64,000 bases of DNA, taken from the IMG/VR virus record IMGVR_UViG_3300042922_001062, positions 15,478 to 79,477 of that record. One strand, written 5' to 3'. Positions within the stretch are counted from its first letter, which is position 1; each line of letters opens with the position of its first letter. The translations under genes and the position numbers were made by a program. The stretch is from a virus. Shown here piece by piece: positions 1-9,567 of this stretch. Below the pieces are notes generated by a model, which did no database searches, had not been told where the DNA came from, and saw nothing but the letters and a program-made list of their open reading frames with translations.

Positions 1-1044
1 ATCCGCCGGTGCGCCACGGTCGGGCAACTCGGCGCTCCCTTCTGCATCGAACTCCGCTCGCTCCTGCGCGTCGTCCAGGGCTATCCGCGCGGCGATGTGC
101 TCTCGCTGTCGATCGTGAAGGTCGGTGATCTGGAGCGGCTGAAGATCACCTCCGGCGGTGACGAATGGCTCCTGCCGACGTTCCCGAATGGTCCCGCCGA
201 CTGGCCCGACAGCTTTCCAGACATTGCCGACACGGCTAAGGCGACACTCTCGCTGGACGCGGGGTTCCGCTCCGATGTCCTGATCCGCGTTCGGCACGCC
301 GTCTCCCGTGAGGAGACGCGCTACTACCTGAACGGCATCAATATCTCGGCGGAGGGCGACGAGCTCATTACCACGGCGACGGACGGCCATCGGCTGGTCT
401 CGGTCCGCAGGCCCTACGCTGGGGCCGCCGACAAACTCGCCATCGTCAAGAAGTCCATCACTGTACCGAATGACTTCGTGAGGGCGATCGTCGAGGGGAC
501 GAGTGGTGCCCTCGAACTCGACTTCTACGAGGATCGACTGATCGCCACTGTTCGCGCCGACGGCGTCGTCATCCATGGCAAGCTGATCGACGGCTCTTAT
601 CCCGATTGGCGTCGCATTGTTCCGAACGCCGGCACCTGCGGCTACGAGGTTGACCGGCTCTCCCTCGTCGCGGGGCTAACGAAGCTCGCGGCAACCGATC
701 GAGACGGCGGCCTTGCGGTGGCGATGGCGCGTCGCGGGGGCCGTGTCGTTCTGGAGGCGAGGCACCCCGACGGCATCTCCAGCGTGCTGGCCGTAACCGC
801 CTCGACCTTCGCGACTTGGCCGGAGCATCCCGTTTCCTTCAATCGAAAGCTGCTGCGCGGTCTCGTTCTGCTCGGGCGCGGGGGGGCACTGCGGCTGACG
901 ATGGGCGGCCCAATGGATTCGGTTCGGATCGAGGACAGCGCGTCCAGCGAACTCACCGTCGTGCTCGCGCCCATGCGTGGCAACGACGGGGTCGTTCACG
1001 AGCCGCCGAGCTCTCCCGCGTCCGAAACGCAATCGGCAGCGTGA
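1..1044 (+). CDS. DNA polymerase III beta sliding clamp-like protein (5' partial; frame is open from base 1)
   Basis: Beta-clamp motifs EETRYYLNGI, ATDGHRL, KLIDGSYPDWRRIVP and C-terminal VLAPMR; divergent and in phage context. Confidence 0.85.
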   Translation: MRRCATVGQLGAPFCIELRSLLRVVQGYPRGDVLSLSIVKVGDLERLKITSGGDEWLLPTFPNGPADWPDSFPDIADTAKATLSLDAGFRSDVLIRVRHAVSREETRYYLNGINISAEGDELITTATDGHRLVSVRRPYAGAADKLAIVKKSITVPNDFVRAIVEGTSGALELDFYEDRLIATVRADGVVIHGKLIDGSYPDWRRIVPNAGTCGYEVDRLSLVAGLTKLAATDRDGGLAVAMARRGGRVVLEARHPDGISSVLAVTASTFATWPEHPVSFNRKLLRGLVLLGRGGALRLTMGGPMDSVRIEDSASSELTVVLAPMRGNDGVVHEPPSSPASETQSAA

Positions 1045-1363
1045 CGTCGTGACCTGGCAAACACAAGCTCGCGCGCTTCACGCGAAGGGGGCTCGGCCGG
1101 CCACTATCGCTCGAGATCTCTGTGTCTCGAAGGAGCTGGTCTACCGCCTGCTGATCGCCGGATACGCCGAACGTCGGGCCGAAAAGGCGAGGGCGTGGCG
1201 AGCCAGAAATCCCGAGCGCAACCAGCGCTATCGCGGCTCCTCCGCGCCGGAAATCCTCCCGACTGAAACGACCGTCGTGAAAGAGCGATGCGACGGCACG
1301 CGCATCTCGCTGCCGCGGGTCATGTGGCTGGAACGCCCGGATCCCCGCATCGCTCACCCCTGA
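977..1363 (+). CDS. Small HTH-like hypothetical protein (true start probably near 1049)
   Basis: HTH-like segment ARPATIARDLCVSKELVYRLL; lies in the operon between the clamp and DnaA genes. Confidence 0.5.
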   Translation: MATTGSFTSRRALPRPKRNRQRDVVTWQTQARALHAKGARPATIARDLCVSKELVYRLLIAGYAERRAEKARAWRARNPERNQRYRGSSAPEILPTETTVVKERCDGTRISLPRVMWLERPDPRIAHP

Positions 1364-1380
1364 CTTATCGAGGCGCCGTC

Positions 1381-2769
1381 ATGGATCAATCCACATGGAC
1401 CCGGCTCCGCACCGTGCTCAAGGCGCGTGTTGGCGATGAGATCTACGCCAGCTGGTTCTCTCGGCTGGAATACGAGGGATGCGCCGACCGCGTTGTCGTG
1501 TTGTCGGTCCCGACCCGATTCCTGAAGGTATGGATCGCGCAGCATTATGAGCCGCTGCTGACGGAACTTTGGCGCATGGTCGAGCCTGAGGCTCGCCTTG
1601 TCATCAATGTCCGGCAGATCACGCTGAACCGGCCGCAAGCGGTCGAGGCGCCGCCGGTGAACATCACCGCGCCGCCTCTGGAACCGGCTGCGCCGCCGGT
1701 TCACGCCGTCGACACGCCGCACGGATCGCCCCTCGATCCTCGGCTGACCTTCGACACCCTCAAGATCGGCGATTCCAACCGCCTCGCCCATGCCGCTGCG
1801 AAGAGGGTCGCGGACGTGCCATTCGCCGGCGATCCGGTGTTCAACCCGCTCTTCATCCATGGGGGTGTCGGCGTCGGCAAGACACACCTGCTTCAGGCCA
1901 TCGCCGCCACCAGCGAGGCGGGCGGCCGCCGCGTCCTCTACCTGACGGCCGAGCGCTTCATGTTCGGCTTCGTCGCTGCCCTGAAGGGCCAATCGGCGGC
2001 GGCATTCCAGGATGCCCTGCGCACAGCCGACACGCTCATCATCGACGACGTGCAGTTCCTGCAGGGCAAGAGCGTCCTTAAGGAGTTCGCCTACACGCTC
2101 AACGCAGTGATCGCCTGCCGGCGCCAGGTTGTGCTTGCCGCCGATCGCTCGCCCGCCGAGCTCGATGCCATGGACGAGCGCGTGCGGTCCCGCATAGCGG
2201 GAGGTCTTGTCGTCGAGATCGCCTCGTTGGAGGACGAGCTCAAGCTCGAAATCCTCACGGCCCGCCTTGCCGTGCTCGCCCGGCAATATCCGAACTTCAG
2301 CATCGAGCCGGACATTTTCCGCTATGTCGCCCGCCGGTGCGGGAAGACGGGGAGGGACCTCGACCGGGCGCTGAATCGACTGCTGGCCCACAACCAGCTG
2401 ACCGGCCGCGGGATCACGCCCGACGAAGCGGAGATGGCATTGCGCGACCTCATCCGCTCCGAGGAGCCGAAGAGGGTGCGCATCGACGACATCCTGCGCA
2501 TCGTCGCCAAGCACTACAACGTCAGCCGCACCGACATCCTCTCGCAGCGTCGCACCGCGAACGTGGTGAAGCCGCGCCAGATTGCGATGTACCTCGCCAA
2601 GACGCTGACCCTGCGATCGCTGCCGGAGATCGGCCGACGTTTCGGCGGTCGCGACCACAAGACCGTGCACCACGCAGTTCACAAAATCGACGGGCTGGTG
2701 ACTTCCGGCACTGAGGTCGCAGCCGAGGTGAAGTCGCTCGAGGCCATGCTGCAGGAGGATGCGGCGTGA
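1381..2769 (+). CDS. dnaA: DnaA-family replication initiator (phage-borne, full length)
   Basis: Domain I (YASWF..L, PTRFLK.WI), Walker A GGVGVGKTHLL, Walker B IDDVQFL, domain IV RQIAMYL...SLPEIGRRFGGRDHKTV. Confidence 0.9.
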   Translation: MDQSTWTRLRTVLKARVGDEIYASWFSRLEYEGCADRVVVLSVPTRFLKVWIAQHYEPLLTELWRMVEPEARLVINVRQITLNRPQAVEAPPVNITAPPLEPAAPPVHAVDTPHGSPLDPRLTFDTLKIGDSNRLAHAAAKRVADVPFAGDPVFNPLFIHGGVGVGKTHLLQAIAATSEAGGRRVLYLTAERFMFGFVAALKGQSAAAFQDALRTADTLIIDDVQFLQGKSVLKEFAYTLNAVIACRRQVVLAADRSPAELDAMDERVRSRIAGGLVVEIASLEDELKLEILTARLAVLARQYPNFSIEPDIFRYVARRCGKTGRDLDRALNRLLAHNQLTGRGITPDEAEMALRDLIRSEEPKRVRIDDILRIVAKHYNVSRTDILSQRRTANVVKPRQIAMYLAKTLTLRSLPEIGRRFGGRDHKTVHHAVHKIDGLVTSGTEVAAEVKSLEAMLQEDAA

Positions 2770-3374
2770 CCGGCTGGCCGTTCTCTCCCCTGTCGATGTT
2801 CGCCTACGACGTCGCCGAGATCGATCCTGCGTGGACCTTCGTCCTTCGCTCGGCCAAGGGAGAGAAGAAGTCCGCCCAAGCGCAGTACCAGACGATGTCA
2901 CTGGACGACATTAAGGCGCTGCCAGTGGGCAACCTGCTCGCGCCCGGCGGGGTGTGCATCATGTGGTGCACCTGGCCTCTGGTGGCGATCGGCGCCCATG
3001 TCGAGGTGATCCGCGGTTGGGGGCTGTTGCCGGTGACCGGCGGCGGATGGACCAAGCGGACACCAAGCGGAAAGATGCGGTGGGGTACGGGCTATGTCGC
3101 CCGCTCGCTCCACGAGCCGTACATCATCGCGCGACTGCCCGGTTCGCCATGGAAAGGCGCCGGCTTCCCGAATCTGGTCGAGACGCTGGAAGCGGAAGCT
3201 ATCGACGGCATTGCCCGCGAGCATTCCCGCAAGCCCGACGAGTTCTATGCGGTCGTGGAGAAGGCATGGCCGGAGGCGCGACGCGTGTCCGTTTTCTCGC
3301 GGCAGTCGCGCGCCGGTTGGGAGACGTGGGGCAACGAAGCGACGAAGTATGATCAGGCGGGATGCGGGCTGTGA
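2766..3374 (+). CDS. MT-A70 family adenine methyltransferase
   Basis: IDPAW (DPPW-like), YQTMSLDDIKALPV, GTGY, REHSRKPDEFY, GWETWGNE. Confidence 0.85.
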   Translation: MTGWPFSPLSMFAYDVAEIDPAWTFVLRSAKGEKKSAQAQYQTMSLDDIKALPVGNLLAPGGVCIMWCTWPLVAIGAHVEVIRGWGLLPVTGGGWTKRTPSGKMRWGTGYVARSLHEPYIIARLPGSPWKGAGFPNLVETLEAEAIDGIAREHSRKPDEFYAVVEKAWPEARRVSVFSRQSRAGWETWGNEATKYDQAGCGL

Positions 3375-3388
3375 GGAGGCTTCGGATC

Positions 3389-3907
3389 TCACAAGCTGGC
3401 GTCGGTGCCCGCATGCGAGAGCTTGACGTAGCGCGCCGTTACGTCTTCGACGTGCTGCTCGATCCAGCGCGACATGGCGACTTCTTCATCCAGCGACTGC
3501 TGCAACAGCGGCACGGCGAATGCCGACCCGTTGATCTCCGCCATCTTCAACAGGGATTTGTAGGCGGCCGTCTCGAAATTCTCGAAGGCGAAGTTGGCGA
3601 AGGTGGCCTTGAGGATCGCGTCGTCGGCCATGCTGGCGGCCATGGAGTTGGCGCTGCCCATGAAACCCATGACCACGTCCTTGAAGGTCGAGGTGTCCTC
3701 GCCGAGCTCCCCGAGGATTCGCTCAAGGCGTTCGTCCTGACCACGGGTCTCCTCGAGGTGCTGCTGCAGCTTTGTCTTCACTTCCGGATAGGTCTCGATC
3801 GACGAAATCTGACTTTCCATCATCGAGATCGCTTCGCGCTCCATGGCGTGAGCGTTGCGAAGGCCTACGACAAAAAGAGAGCGCGGGGTTTCATCGGCAG
3901 AGGACAT
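3389..3907 (-). CDS. Ferritin-like DUF892 (YciE/YciF family) stress protein, moron
   Basis: LRNAHAMERE, HLEETRGQ..RLE, ENFETAAY, LDEE motifs. Confidence 0.88.
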   Translation of the reverse strand: MSSADETPRSLFVVGLRNAHAMEREAISMMESQISSIETYPEVKTKLQQHLEETRGQDERLERILGELGEDTSTFKDVVMGFMGSANSMAASMADDAILKATFANFAFENFETAAYKSLLKMAEINGSAFAVPLLQQSLDEEVAMSRWIEQHVEDVTARYVKLSHAGTDASL

Positions 3908-3944
3908 CAGGGTGCTCCGGACGCTGGCGAGGGACTGTCAATCC

Positions 3945-3969
3945 AACCTTCTGAAGGGAGGAAGGTTCC
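3945..3969 (-). promoter_or_regulatory. EcfG/sigmaT-type promoter
   Basis: Minus strand reads GGAAC-N16-GGTT, about 40 bp upstream of the DUF892 start. Confidence 0.7.
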
Positions 3970-3979
3970 TGACGCGCCG

Positions 3980-4225
3980 TCACAACTGCCCGCGCTGGCG
4001 CAGCAACTGCACGAGCCGCTCTGTAACGTCCTCCACAGCGGAGGGCTCTCCGCTCTGTCCGGCGGCTATGAGCTGATCGATGGTCGCTTCAACCTCGGGG
4101 GAGCGCTGCCCCTCGCTCGAGGCCAGAAACTCAACAGCTGCCAAGAAAGTGTCGATGGTGCGGGGCGGATCGCCCTGCAACACGATCGGCCTCGCAAGTG
4201 GTTGCTGCAGCCTATGGGGCATCAC
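3980..4225 (-). CDS. Small hypothetical protein (moron)
   Basis: 81-aa ORF co-oriented with the neighbouring minus-strand morons. Confidence 0.5.
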   Translation of the reverse strand: MMPHRLQQPLARPIVLQGDPPRTIDTFLAAVEFLASSEGQRSPEVEATIDQLIAAGQSGEPSAVEDVTERLVQLLRQRGQL

Positions 4226-4294
4226 TGCAAACTCCTCGACAAGGATTATACCCCAACCGGCGCGGGCCCGGTCTCAAATGTGCAGAAGTGGGCA

Positions 4295-4600
4295 TTAGTC
4301 CAGCAGGCCGTTGAAGGGAGGCAGAACGCGGAACTCGGCCGTTGTGGTGGTGAGCGGGTGCAGTTCCACTTCGTAGACCGCGCCGGTTTCCAGCGTCAGC
4401 CAGGCGCGACCGTCGCGAGCGCCGAGAAGCGCGGCCATATCGGTCGCAACCTGCCCACTGATTATCACCTCGCCGGCCTTTGGGCCGGTCTTTCGACGCC
4501 TCACCGAAAGCCAGTAGTCAGCTTTGGCGGCCGCCATTCCGGGCGGGCGCAGCATGCCTTTGCCCGTCAGTCTGCGGAGAAATTCCACTGCCGTCCCCAC
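4295..4600 (-). CDS. Hypothetical protein (moron)
   Basis: 101-aa ORF directly downstream of an exact EcfG-type promoter motif. Confidence 0.6.
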   Translation of the reverse strand: MGTAVEFLRRLTGKGMLRPPGMAAAKADYWLSVRRRKTGPKAGEVIISGQVATDMAALLGARDGRAWLTLETGAVYEVELHPLTTTTAEFRVLPPFNGLLD

Positions 4601-4630
4601 GCTTTAGGCGTCACCCCTGATGCAGCGGCG

Positions 4631-4655
4631 AACGCCCCGAGTGCCGTAAGGTTCC
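4631..4655 (-). promoter_or_regulatory. EcfG/sigmaT-type promoter
   Basis: Minus strand reads GGAAC-cttacggcactcgggg-CGTT (exact GGAAC-N16-CGTT). Confidence 0.75.
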
Positions 4656-4701
4656 GCGAAAATCGAAGCAAATTCGTCTGTTCCCGGCCGGGGGAGCGTT
4701 T

Positions 4702-5019
4702 ATGACACGCGAACTGCTCCCCGATCGCCGCGCCGCCGAGAGCTTCGAGATCGAAGTGAAGGGCATCAGCTACACGGCCACCTTCGGCTATTACGACGAC
4801 GGGCGCCTAGGCGAGATCTTCCTCTGTGGTCCCAAGGCCGGCACTGATGTCGAGGTGAATGCCCGCGATGCCGCGGTGGTCACTTCTATCGCCCTGCAGC
4901 ACGGCGCCAGCCCGGACATGCTCCGGCACGGCCTGTCGCGCGATGAAGAGGGCAGGGCGCTCTCTCCGATCGGCACGGTGCTGGACATGCTGGCCTCCGC
5001 CACGGGGGACAGCGAATGA
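4702..5019 (+). CDS. Stand-alone TSCPD-like domain (resembles the class II ribonucleotide reductase C-terminal domain)
   Basis: RELLPDRR...GYYDDGRLGEIF...SIALQHG pattern. Confidence 0.7.
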   Translation: MTRELLPDRRAAESFEIEVKGISYTATFGYYDDGRLGEIFLCGPKAGTDVEVNARDAAVVTSIALQHGASPDMLRHGLSRDEEGRALSPIGTVLDMLASATGDSE

Positions 5020-5363
5020 CGCCGTTCGAGGTCCGCCACCTCCTATCCGCCGTGCGCCTGCCGCTCGACAGCGAGAAAGCGTTGCAGGCCGCCATAGAGG
5101 CTCACCTGACTGCGTCGGGCACGGCGTTCAAGCGCGAGGTCACTCTGGCGCCGGGCGACATCGTCGACTTCATGGTCGGTGCCGTTGCCGTCGAGGTGAA
5201 GATCAAGGGCCAGCGGCGCGCCATCTACCGCCAGTGCGAGCGCTACGCTGCGCATGACAGCGTTGAGGCCATCCTACTCGTCACAAACGTCGCCATGGGC
5301 TTTCCGCCCGAGATAGGCGGCAAGCCGACGGCCGTCCTGCATCTCGGGAGGGCCTGGCTGTGA
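5016..5363 (+). CDS. PD-(D/E)xK nuclease-like protein
   Basis: REV...IVDF...VAVEVK...QCERY motif arrangement. Confidence 0.6.
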   Translation: MTPFEVRHLLSAVRLPLDSEKALQAAIEAHLTASGTAFKREVTLAPGDIVDFMVGAVAVEVKIKGQRRAIYRQCERYAAHDSVEAILLVTNVAMGFPPEIGGKPTAVLHLGRAWL

Positions 5364-7009
5364 AGACCTATGGCTCGCTGCATTACGAAGGTTCGCGCTG
5401 GGTGATGAGCGGCATCGACCCGCATGTCGCCATCAAGCTCAAGGCGATGTTCCCGGCCGTGCCGAAATGGGCCACGGCACCCTTCACCTTTCCCGACACG
5501 GTGAGCATCGCCTCCGATCTCGAATGGTTCCTGCATCGCTACCCGATGGATATGGCGGAGGCGGACCGCTCCCGCATGGTAGCCGGCCGTGTGGCCCTCA
5601 CCGATCAGCGGAACGACGTCGAGCGCATCTTCGTGCCCGAATGGTCGCCGCCTGCCACGCTGGGCTTCAGGCCGGGCAGGGAGCTCTATCGCTATCAGGC
5701 CGAAGCGGCCGAAGTGATCCGCAAGCTGGGCCGCCTGCTGCTCCTGGACGATGTCGGGCTCGGCAAGACGGTGACGGCTCTCGGCGCCCTTTCGGATGGA
5801 AAGCACCTGCCGGCGGCGATCGTCGTGCAGCCGCACCTCCGCACCCAATGGGTGAAGGAGTACATCGCGAAGTTCACCACGCTGCGGGCGCACATCATTA
5901 AGGGCACCGTGCCCTATGAGCTCCCGCCCGCAGACCTCTACGTCTTCGCCTATTCGAACATCGCCGGCTGGGTCGACATCGCCGCCGAAGGGAAGTTCAA
6001 GGCGGTCGTCTACGACGAGGTCCAGGAGCTGCGCACCGGGCCGGACACCGCCAAGGGTGCGGCGGCCAAGGTCTTCACGGCCAATGCTCGCGTGCGCATC
6101 GGCCTGACCGCCACGCCGGTCTACAACTACGGCACCGAGATGTTCCATGTTGTCGAGGCGATCGAGCCCGGCGCCCTCGGAGGATATTGGGACTTCGACC
6201 GCGAGTGGTGCAGCCACAATGGGTCGAAGGCCATCGTGAAGGATCCCGAGGCCCTCGGCACGTACCTGCGCGAGTTGCAGCTGGTGCTGCGCCGCGAGCG
6301 CGCCGGCGGCAACGTGAACACCGTGCCGATCGAGGTCGAATACGACCAGCAGGTCGAGGCCGATTCCGTCGATCTCATGCGCATCCTGGCGACCACCGTC
6401 GTCAGCGGCTCGTTCTCCGAGCGGGGACAGGCGGCGCGCGAACTCGACATCATGGCGCGCATGGTCACCGGCCTCGCCAAGGCCAAGGCGGTTGCCGCCT
6501 ATGTCCGCTTGCTGCTGGAGGCCGGGCTGCCAGTCCTGCTCGCGGGGTGGCATCGCGAGGTCTACGATATCTGGGGCCGCGAGCTCGGCGAGTTCAAGCC
6601 GGTGCTCTACACCGGCTCCGAAAGCCCGGGGCAGAAGGACCGGGCCAAAGAGGCCTTCATCAGCGGCGACACCAACCTGATGATGATCTCTCTGCGGTCC
6701 GGCGCGGGGCTGGACGGGTTGCAGAAGCGATGCAACCACGTCGTCTTCGGCGAACTCGACTGGTCACCGAAGGTGCATGAGCAGGTCATCGGCCGGCTCG
6801 ACCGACCGGGTCAGCAGGAGCAGGTGACGGCGATCTACCTGCATGCCAATGGCGGATCGGATCCTCTGATCCTCAGCATGCTCGGCCTCAAGGCCAGCCA
6901 AGCGCAGGGCATCGTCGATCCGGGCAAGGGCATTGTTCCCGTAACGTCCGACGGCAGCCGCATCCGTGCGCTCGCCGAGCGCTTCCTGCAGGGGAGCGCT
7001 GCGGCATGA
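5360..7009 (+). CDS. SNF2-like superfamily 2 helicase
   Basis: LYRYQ, DDVGLGKT, YDEVQ, LTATP, GLDGLQ, QVIGRLDRPGQ. Confidence 0.88.
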   Translation: MKTYGSLHYEGSRWVMSGIDPHVAIKLKAMFPAVPKWATAPFTFPDTVSIASDLEWFLHRYPMDMAEADRSRMVAGRVALTDQRNDVERIFVPEWSPPATLGFRPGRELYRYQAEAAEVIRKLGRLLLLDDVGLGKTVTALGALSDGKHLPAAIVVQPHLRTQWVKEYIAKFTTLRAHIIKGTVPYELPPADLYVFAYSNIAGWVDIAAEGKFKAVVYDEVQELRTGPDTAKGAAAKVFTANARVRIGLTATPVYNYGTEMFHVVEAIEPGALGGYWDFDREWCSHNGSKAIVKDPEALGTYLRELQLVLRRERAGGNVNTVPIEVEYDQQVEADSVDLMRILATTVVSGSFSERGQAARELDIMARMVTGLAKAKAVAAYVRLLLEAGLPVLLAGWHREVYDIWGRELGEFKPVLYTGSESPGQKDRAKEAFISGDTNLMMISLRSGAGLDGLQKRCNHVVFGELDWSPKVHEQVIGRLDRPGQQEQVTAIYLHANGGSDPLILSMLGLKASQAQGIVDPGKGIVPVTSDGSRIRALAERFLQGSAAA

Positions 7010-7338
7010 GCGGGAGCGTCTTCCTCCGCCGCGGTTACAGCCTCGATGATGCCGGCCGCATCCATTATGACGATGTGTCCGCTACATGGGAGCAAGCTGA
7101 TGCGCTCGCCGGCAGGCGCGTGGATCGTCGGCGAGCCTACGCGATCATCAATGGCGATCTTTGCGAACTCGTTCGCTGGTCACAGCCGTGCACCGGGTGC
7201 TTCGAAGCGCCGGAATGCACCATGTACGACATGGAAACCACGCGCGGCCATGGCTGCTGCGAGTGCGGCTACACAGGTCGCGTGCGGCAAGGTTCGTATG
7301 TCGAGCATTCGATCGCTGAGGCGGGGAGGGACGATTGA
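7006..7338 (+). CDS. Hypothetical protein with two CxxC motifs
   Basis: CTGC and CECG; overlaps neighbours by 4 bp on each side. Confidence 0.55.
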   Translation: MSGSVFLRRGYSLDDAGRIHYDDVSATWEQADALAGRRVDRRRAYAIINGDLCELVRWSQPCTGCFEAPECTMYDMETTRGHGCCECGYTGRVRQGSYVEHSIAEAGRDD

Positions 7339-8354
7339 TCATCCGCCGCCGCTACAACCGCAACTTCACGGTCCTACCCAACTCGGTGCTCGATGATGAT
7401 CGGCTGTCCGCCGAGGCCATGGGCGTGCTCTGCTATCTGCGCTCACGTCCGGCCGACTGGAACGTCGAACTTGCCCACCTTTCCGAACGCTTCAAGATCG
7501 GCCGGGATAAGACGCAGCGCGTGGTCGCGGAGCTTGTCGATGCCGGCTGGATAAAGCGTGAACGCACGCGGGATCCGGTCACCCGCGCCTTCAACGGCAT
7601 CGACTATGTTGTGTACGACGAGCCGGCCGACACCATAGATAGCGGCTCCGACGATGTTGAAGGCGGCGAGCCACAGCCTGAAAATCCGGTTGTGGCTCCC
7701 GACACACCTAAACACCATCCACAACCGGCTTTGCCGCGCGCGGCTTTTCAGGCTGTGCATATAGAAGAACCAAATACGGAAAAGGGAACAAACACCCCCA
7801 TAGCCCCCAAGGGGGCGGTGGGCGAGGGGACTTCGTCAGGGCAGGAGGATGAGCTCTACGCCGAGTTCATCCGTCGGTACGCCGCGCCGCCGACGGCATC
7901 GACCGTCACCCCGCGCCGGCATTGGAACAAACTCTCGGATGCCGAGAGGCGGAAGGCCGTCGACGCCATCGCGCCGTACCGAGCGGCCTGCGCAGCCGAG
8001 AAACCCAAGCCGCGGAAGATGCTCGACCCGAGCGCCTATCTGGCCCGGCACATCTTCGCGAACTTCGCGACGTCGCTGGCACCGAGGCCGCCGGATAGCC
8101 CGGCCGTGGCGGCGCTGCGGCAGGCGCTGGGGCCGAACTTCGCGCACGGCGTCATCGTCGAGGTCGACACTCCCGAATGGCGGGAATGGCAGGCGGTCGC
8201 CGACGAGGCGGGGTTCCCGCTGCGGGCCATCGCATACCCGGCACGTCCGTTCGCTGGCCGACCTAGGGCGATCACCGGCCGGTTACTGCCGAGCGCATGG
8301 CCACCGAGCCGTGACGGGCCGGATAGGCGTCAGCAGGCGGCGGGCGAACGGTAG
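7335..8354 (+). CDS. Phage replication initiator (N-terminal winged HTH)
   Basis: NFTVLPNSVLDDDRLSAEAMGVLCYLRSRPADW; NTPIAPKG linker typical of phage replication proteins. Confidence 0.75.
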   Translation: MIIRRRYNRNFTVLPNSVLDDDRLSAEAMGVLCYLRSRPADWNVELAHLSERFKIGRDKTQRVVAELVDAGWIKRERTRDPVTRAFNGIDYVVYDEPADTIDSGSDDVEGGEPQPENPVVAPDTPKHHPQPALPRAAFQAVHIEEPNTEKGTNTPIAPKGAVGEGTSSGQEDELYAEFIRRYAAPPTASTVTPRRHWNKLSDAERRKAVDAIAPYRAACAAEKPKPRKMLDPSAYLARHIFANFATSLAPRPPDSPAVAALRQALGPNFAHGVIVEVDTPEWREWQAVADEAGFPLRAIAYPARPFAGRPRAITGRLLPSAWPPSRDGPDRRQQAAGER

Positions 8355-8369
8355 CGGCGGAGAGGGACG

Positions 8370-8624
8370 ATGACGGACATACGGAAGCAGGCGGTGATCG
8401 AGATCGCCGAAATCATCGATCCGATGGCGTGGATCAGGATGCGCCATCACATCGACACCCCGCGCTTCGGAAGGCGTCGGCAACGCTCCATCGAGAAAGC
8501 GAGGTCGATCTTGATCGAGCTGGCCCGCAGAGAGCCCGGATGGCGTTCGGGTCTGACGGTGATGCTTCGGCGGAAGGACGGTGGTCGGGTGAAGCAGGAG
8601 GTTCGCGATGGCGCGCAAAGGTAG
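8370..8624 (+). CDS. Hypothetical protein
   Basis: ATG with GAGGG RBS, within the operon. Confidence 0.5.
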   Translation: MTDIRKQAVIEIAEIIDPMAWIRMRHHIDTPRFGRRRQRSIEKARSILIELARREPGWRSGLTVMLRRKDGGRVKQEVRDGAQR

Positions 8625-9303
8625 GAAGAGGAAGGAAGGCGGGCGCACGCGCAGCGGCAAGCTCTCCGAGGCAAACACCGAGCGCGCCGCCCGCGGCCTG
8701 CGGGGCGTGATGGACGTGGCGCTCTCGCAGCCGCATCGGGCCTGGCTCGGCAAGGGGCGCCGCAGCGACCAACTGGCAGAGAATGCCCTGGGTCGCCTGC
8801 TGCTCGGCGGCAAGATCACGGAATCGGAGTATTGGGCCGGCGACCGCTGGCGAAAGCTCGTCGGCGAGTTCCACCAAGTGCTGGCTGCGCCCGTCATGCC
8901 CGGTTCAGCTATGGGGCAGATGGTGGCCGATGAAGTCGACAGCGACAGCCGCAATCGTTCGGAGAGGTCGGGGACGGCGGCTGAGCGCGAGACGGACGAG
9001 GAACGCCGGGAGCGCGTGCTCGTGCAGCACAGCGCGGCCATGAATGCCATACGGCGCCTGTCAGACAAGAGGCAAGTGTTCGCGGTGATGGAGAGCGTCG
9101 TGCTTCGCGATGCCGAGATCGACTTCGCACTTCTCCAGGTGCTGAAGGCGGGTCTGGGTCAACTTGCCCGCCTGTGGCGAATGGAGCGGCCGCACGATCC
9201 CATGGAGGAGAAGCACGGGCCGAAGCCGAGAGTGCGAGCACGGCGGGCGGATAGGCCATTGTGGGGCCACGAGGAAAGGGAGCTCGACATCACGTACAAA
9301 TAG
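8608..9303 (+). CDS. Putative late-gene regulator/antiterminator (positional call)
   Basis: Basic N-terminus MARKGRKRK; last early gene before a terminator and the packaging module. Confidence 0.45.
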   Translation: MARKGRKRKEGGRTRSGKLSEANTERAARGLRGVMDVALSQPHRAWLGKGRRSDQLAENALGRLLLGGKITESEYWAGDRWRKLVGEFHQVLAAPVMPGSAMGQMVADEVDSDSRNRSERSGTAAERETDEERRERVLVQHSAAMNAIRRLSDKRQVFAVMESVVLRDAEIDFALLQVLKAGLGQLARLWRMERPHDPMEEKHGPKPRVRARRADRPLWGHEERELDITYK

Positions 9304-9386
9304 GTGCGCAAGCGACGCTCGCCCTCTTGCGTTGATCGAGCAAATCAGTCCTAATTGCCGACGAAATTCATGATCGGAACGAAATG

Positions 9387-9416
9387 CGCCCGCTGCTCCC
9401 GCCGCGGGCGTTTTTT
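9387..9416 (+). terminator. Rho-independent terminator
   Basis: CGCCCGC...GCGGGCG stem followed by T6. Confidence 0.7.
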
Positions 9417-9441
9417 GTGCCCGGAACGCGTACTCGCCCAA

Positions 9442-9467
9442 GGAACCTTCGTAACCATCCTCCTGTT
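9442..9467 (+). promoter_or_regulatory. Possible EcfG-type promoter
   Basis: GGAAC-N17-TGTT about 100 bp upstream of 9568. Confidence 0.45.
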
Positions 9468-9567
9468 ATCAGGCGCGGTCCTTCACGAGCCGTGAAACCG
9501 CCGGCACGACGGCGATCCTGGGCCCCTCCATGACACGCTCTCGCGCTGTTCAGTCAGGAGGAAATCC

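Noticed and set aside
1-2769. Chromosomal dnaA-dnaN origin region
   Set aside because: Gene order is reversed, recF/gyrB are absent, I saw no DnaA-box cluster, and the neighbours are phage genes
1354-6739. Long antisense or alternative-frame ORFs (1354-2901, 3362-4705, 5243-6739 and similar elsewhere)
   Set aside because: Shadow ORFs of high-GC coding sequence overlapping well-supported genes, with no recognisable motifs
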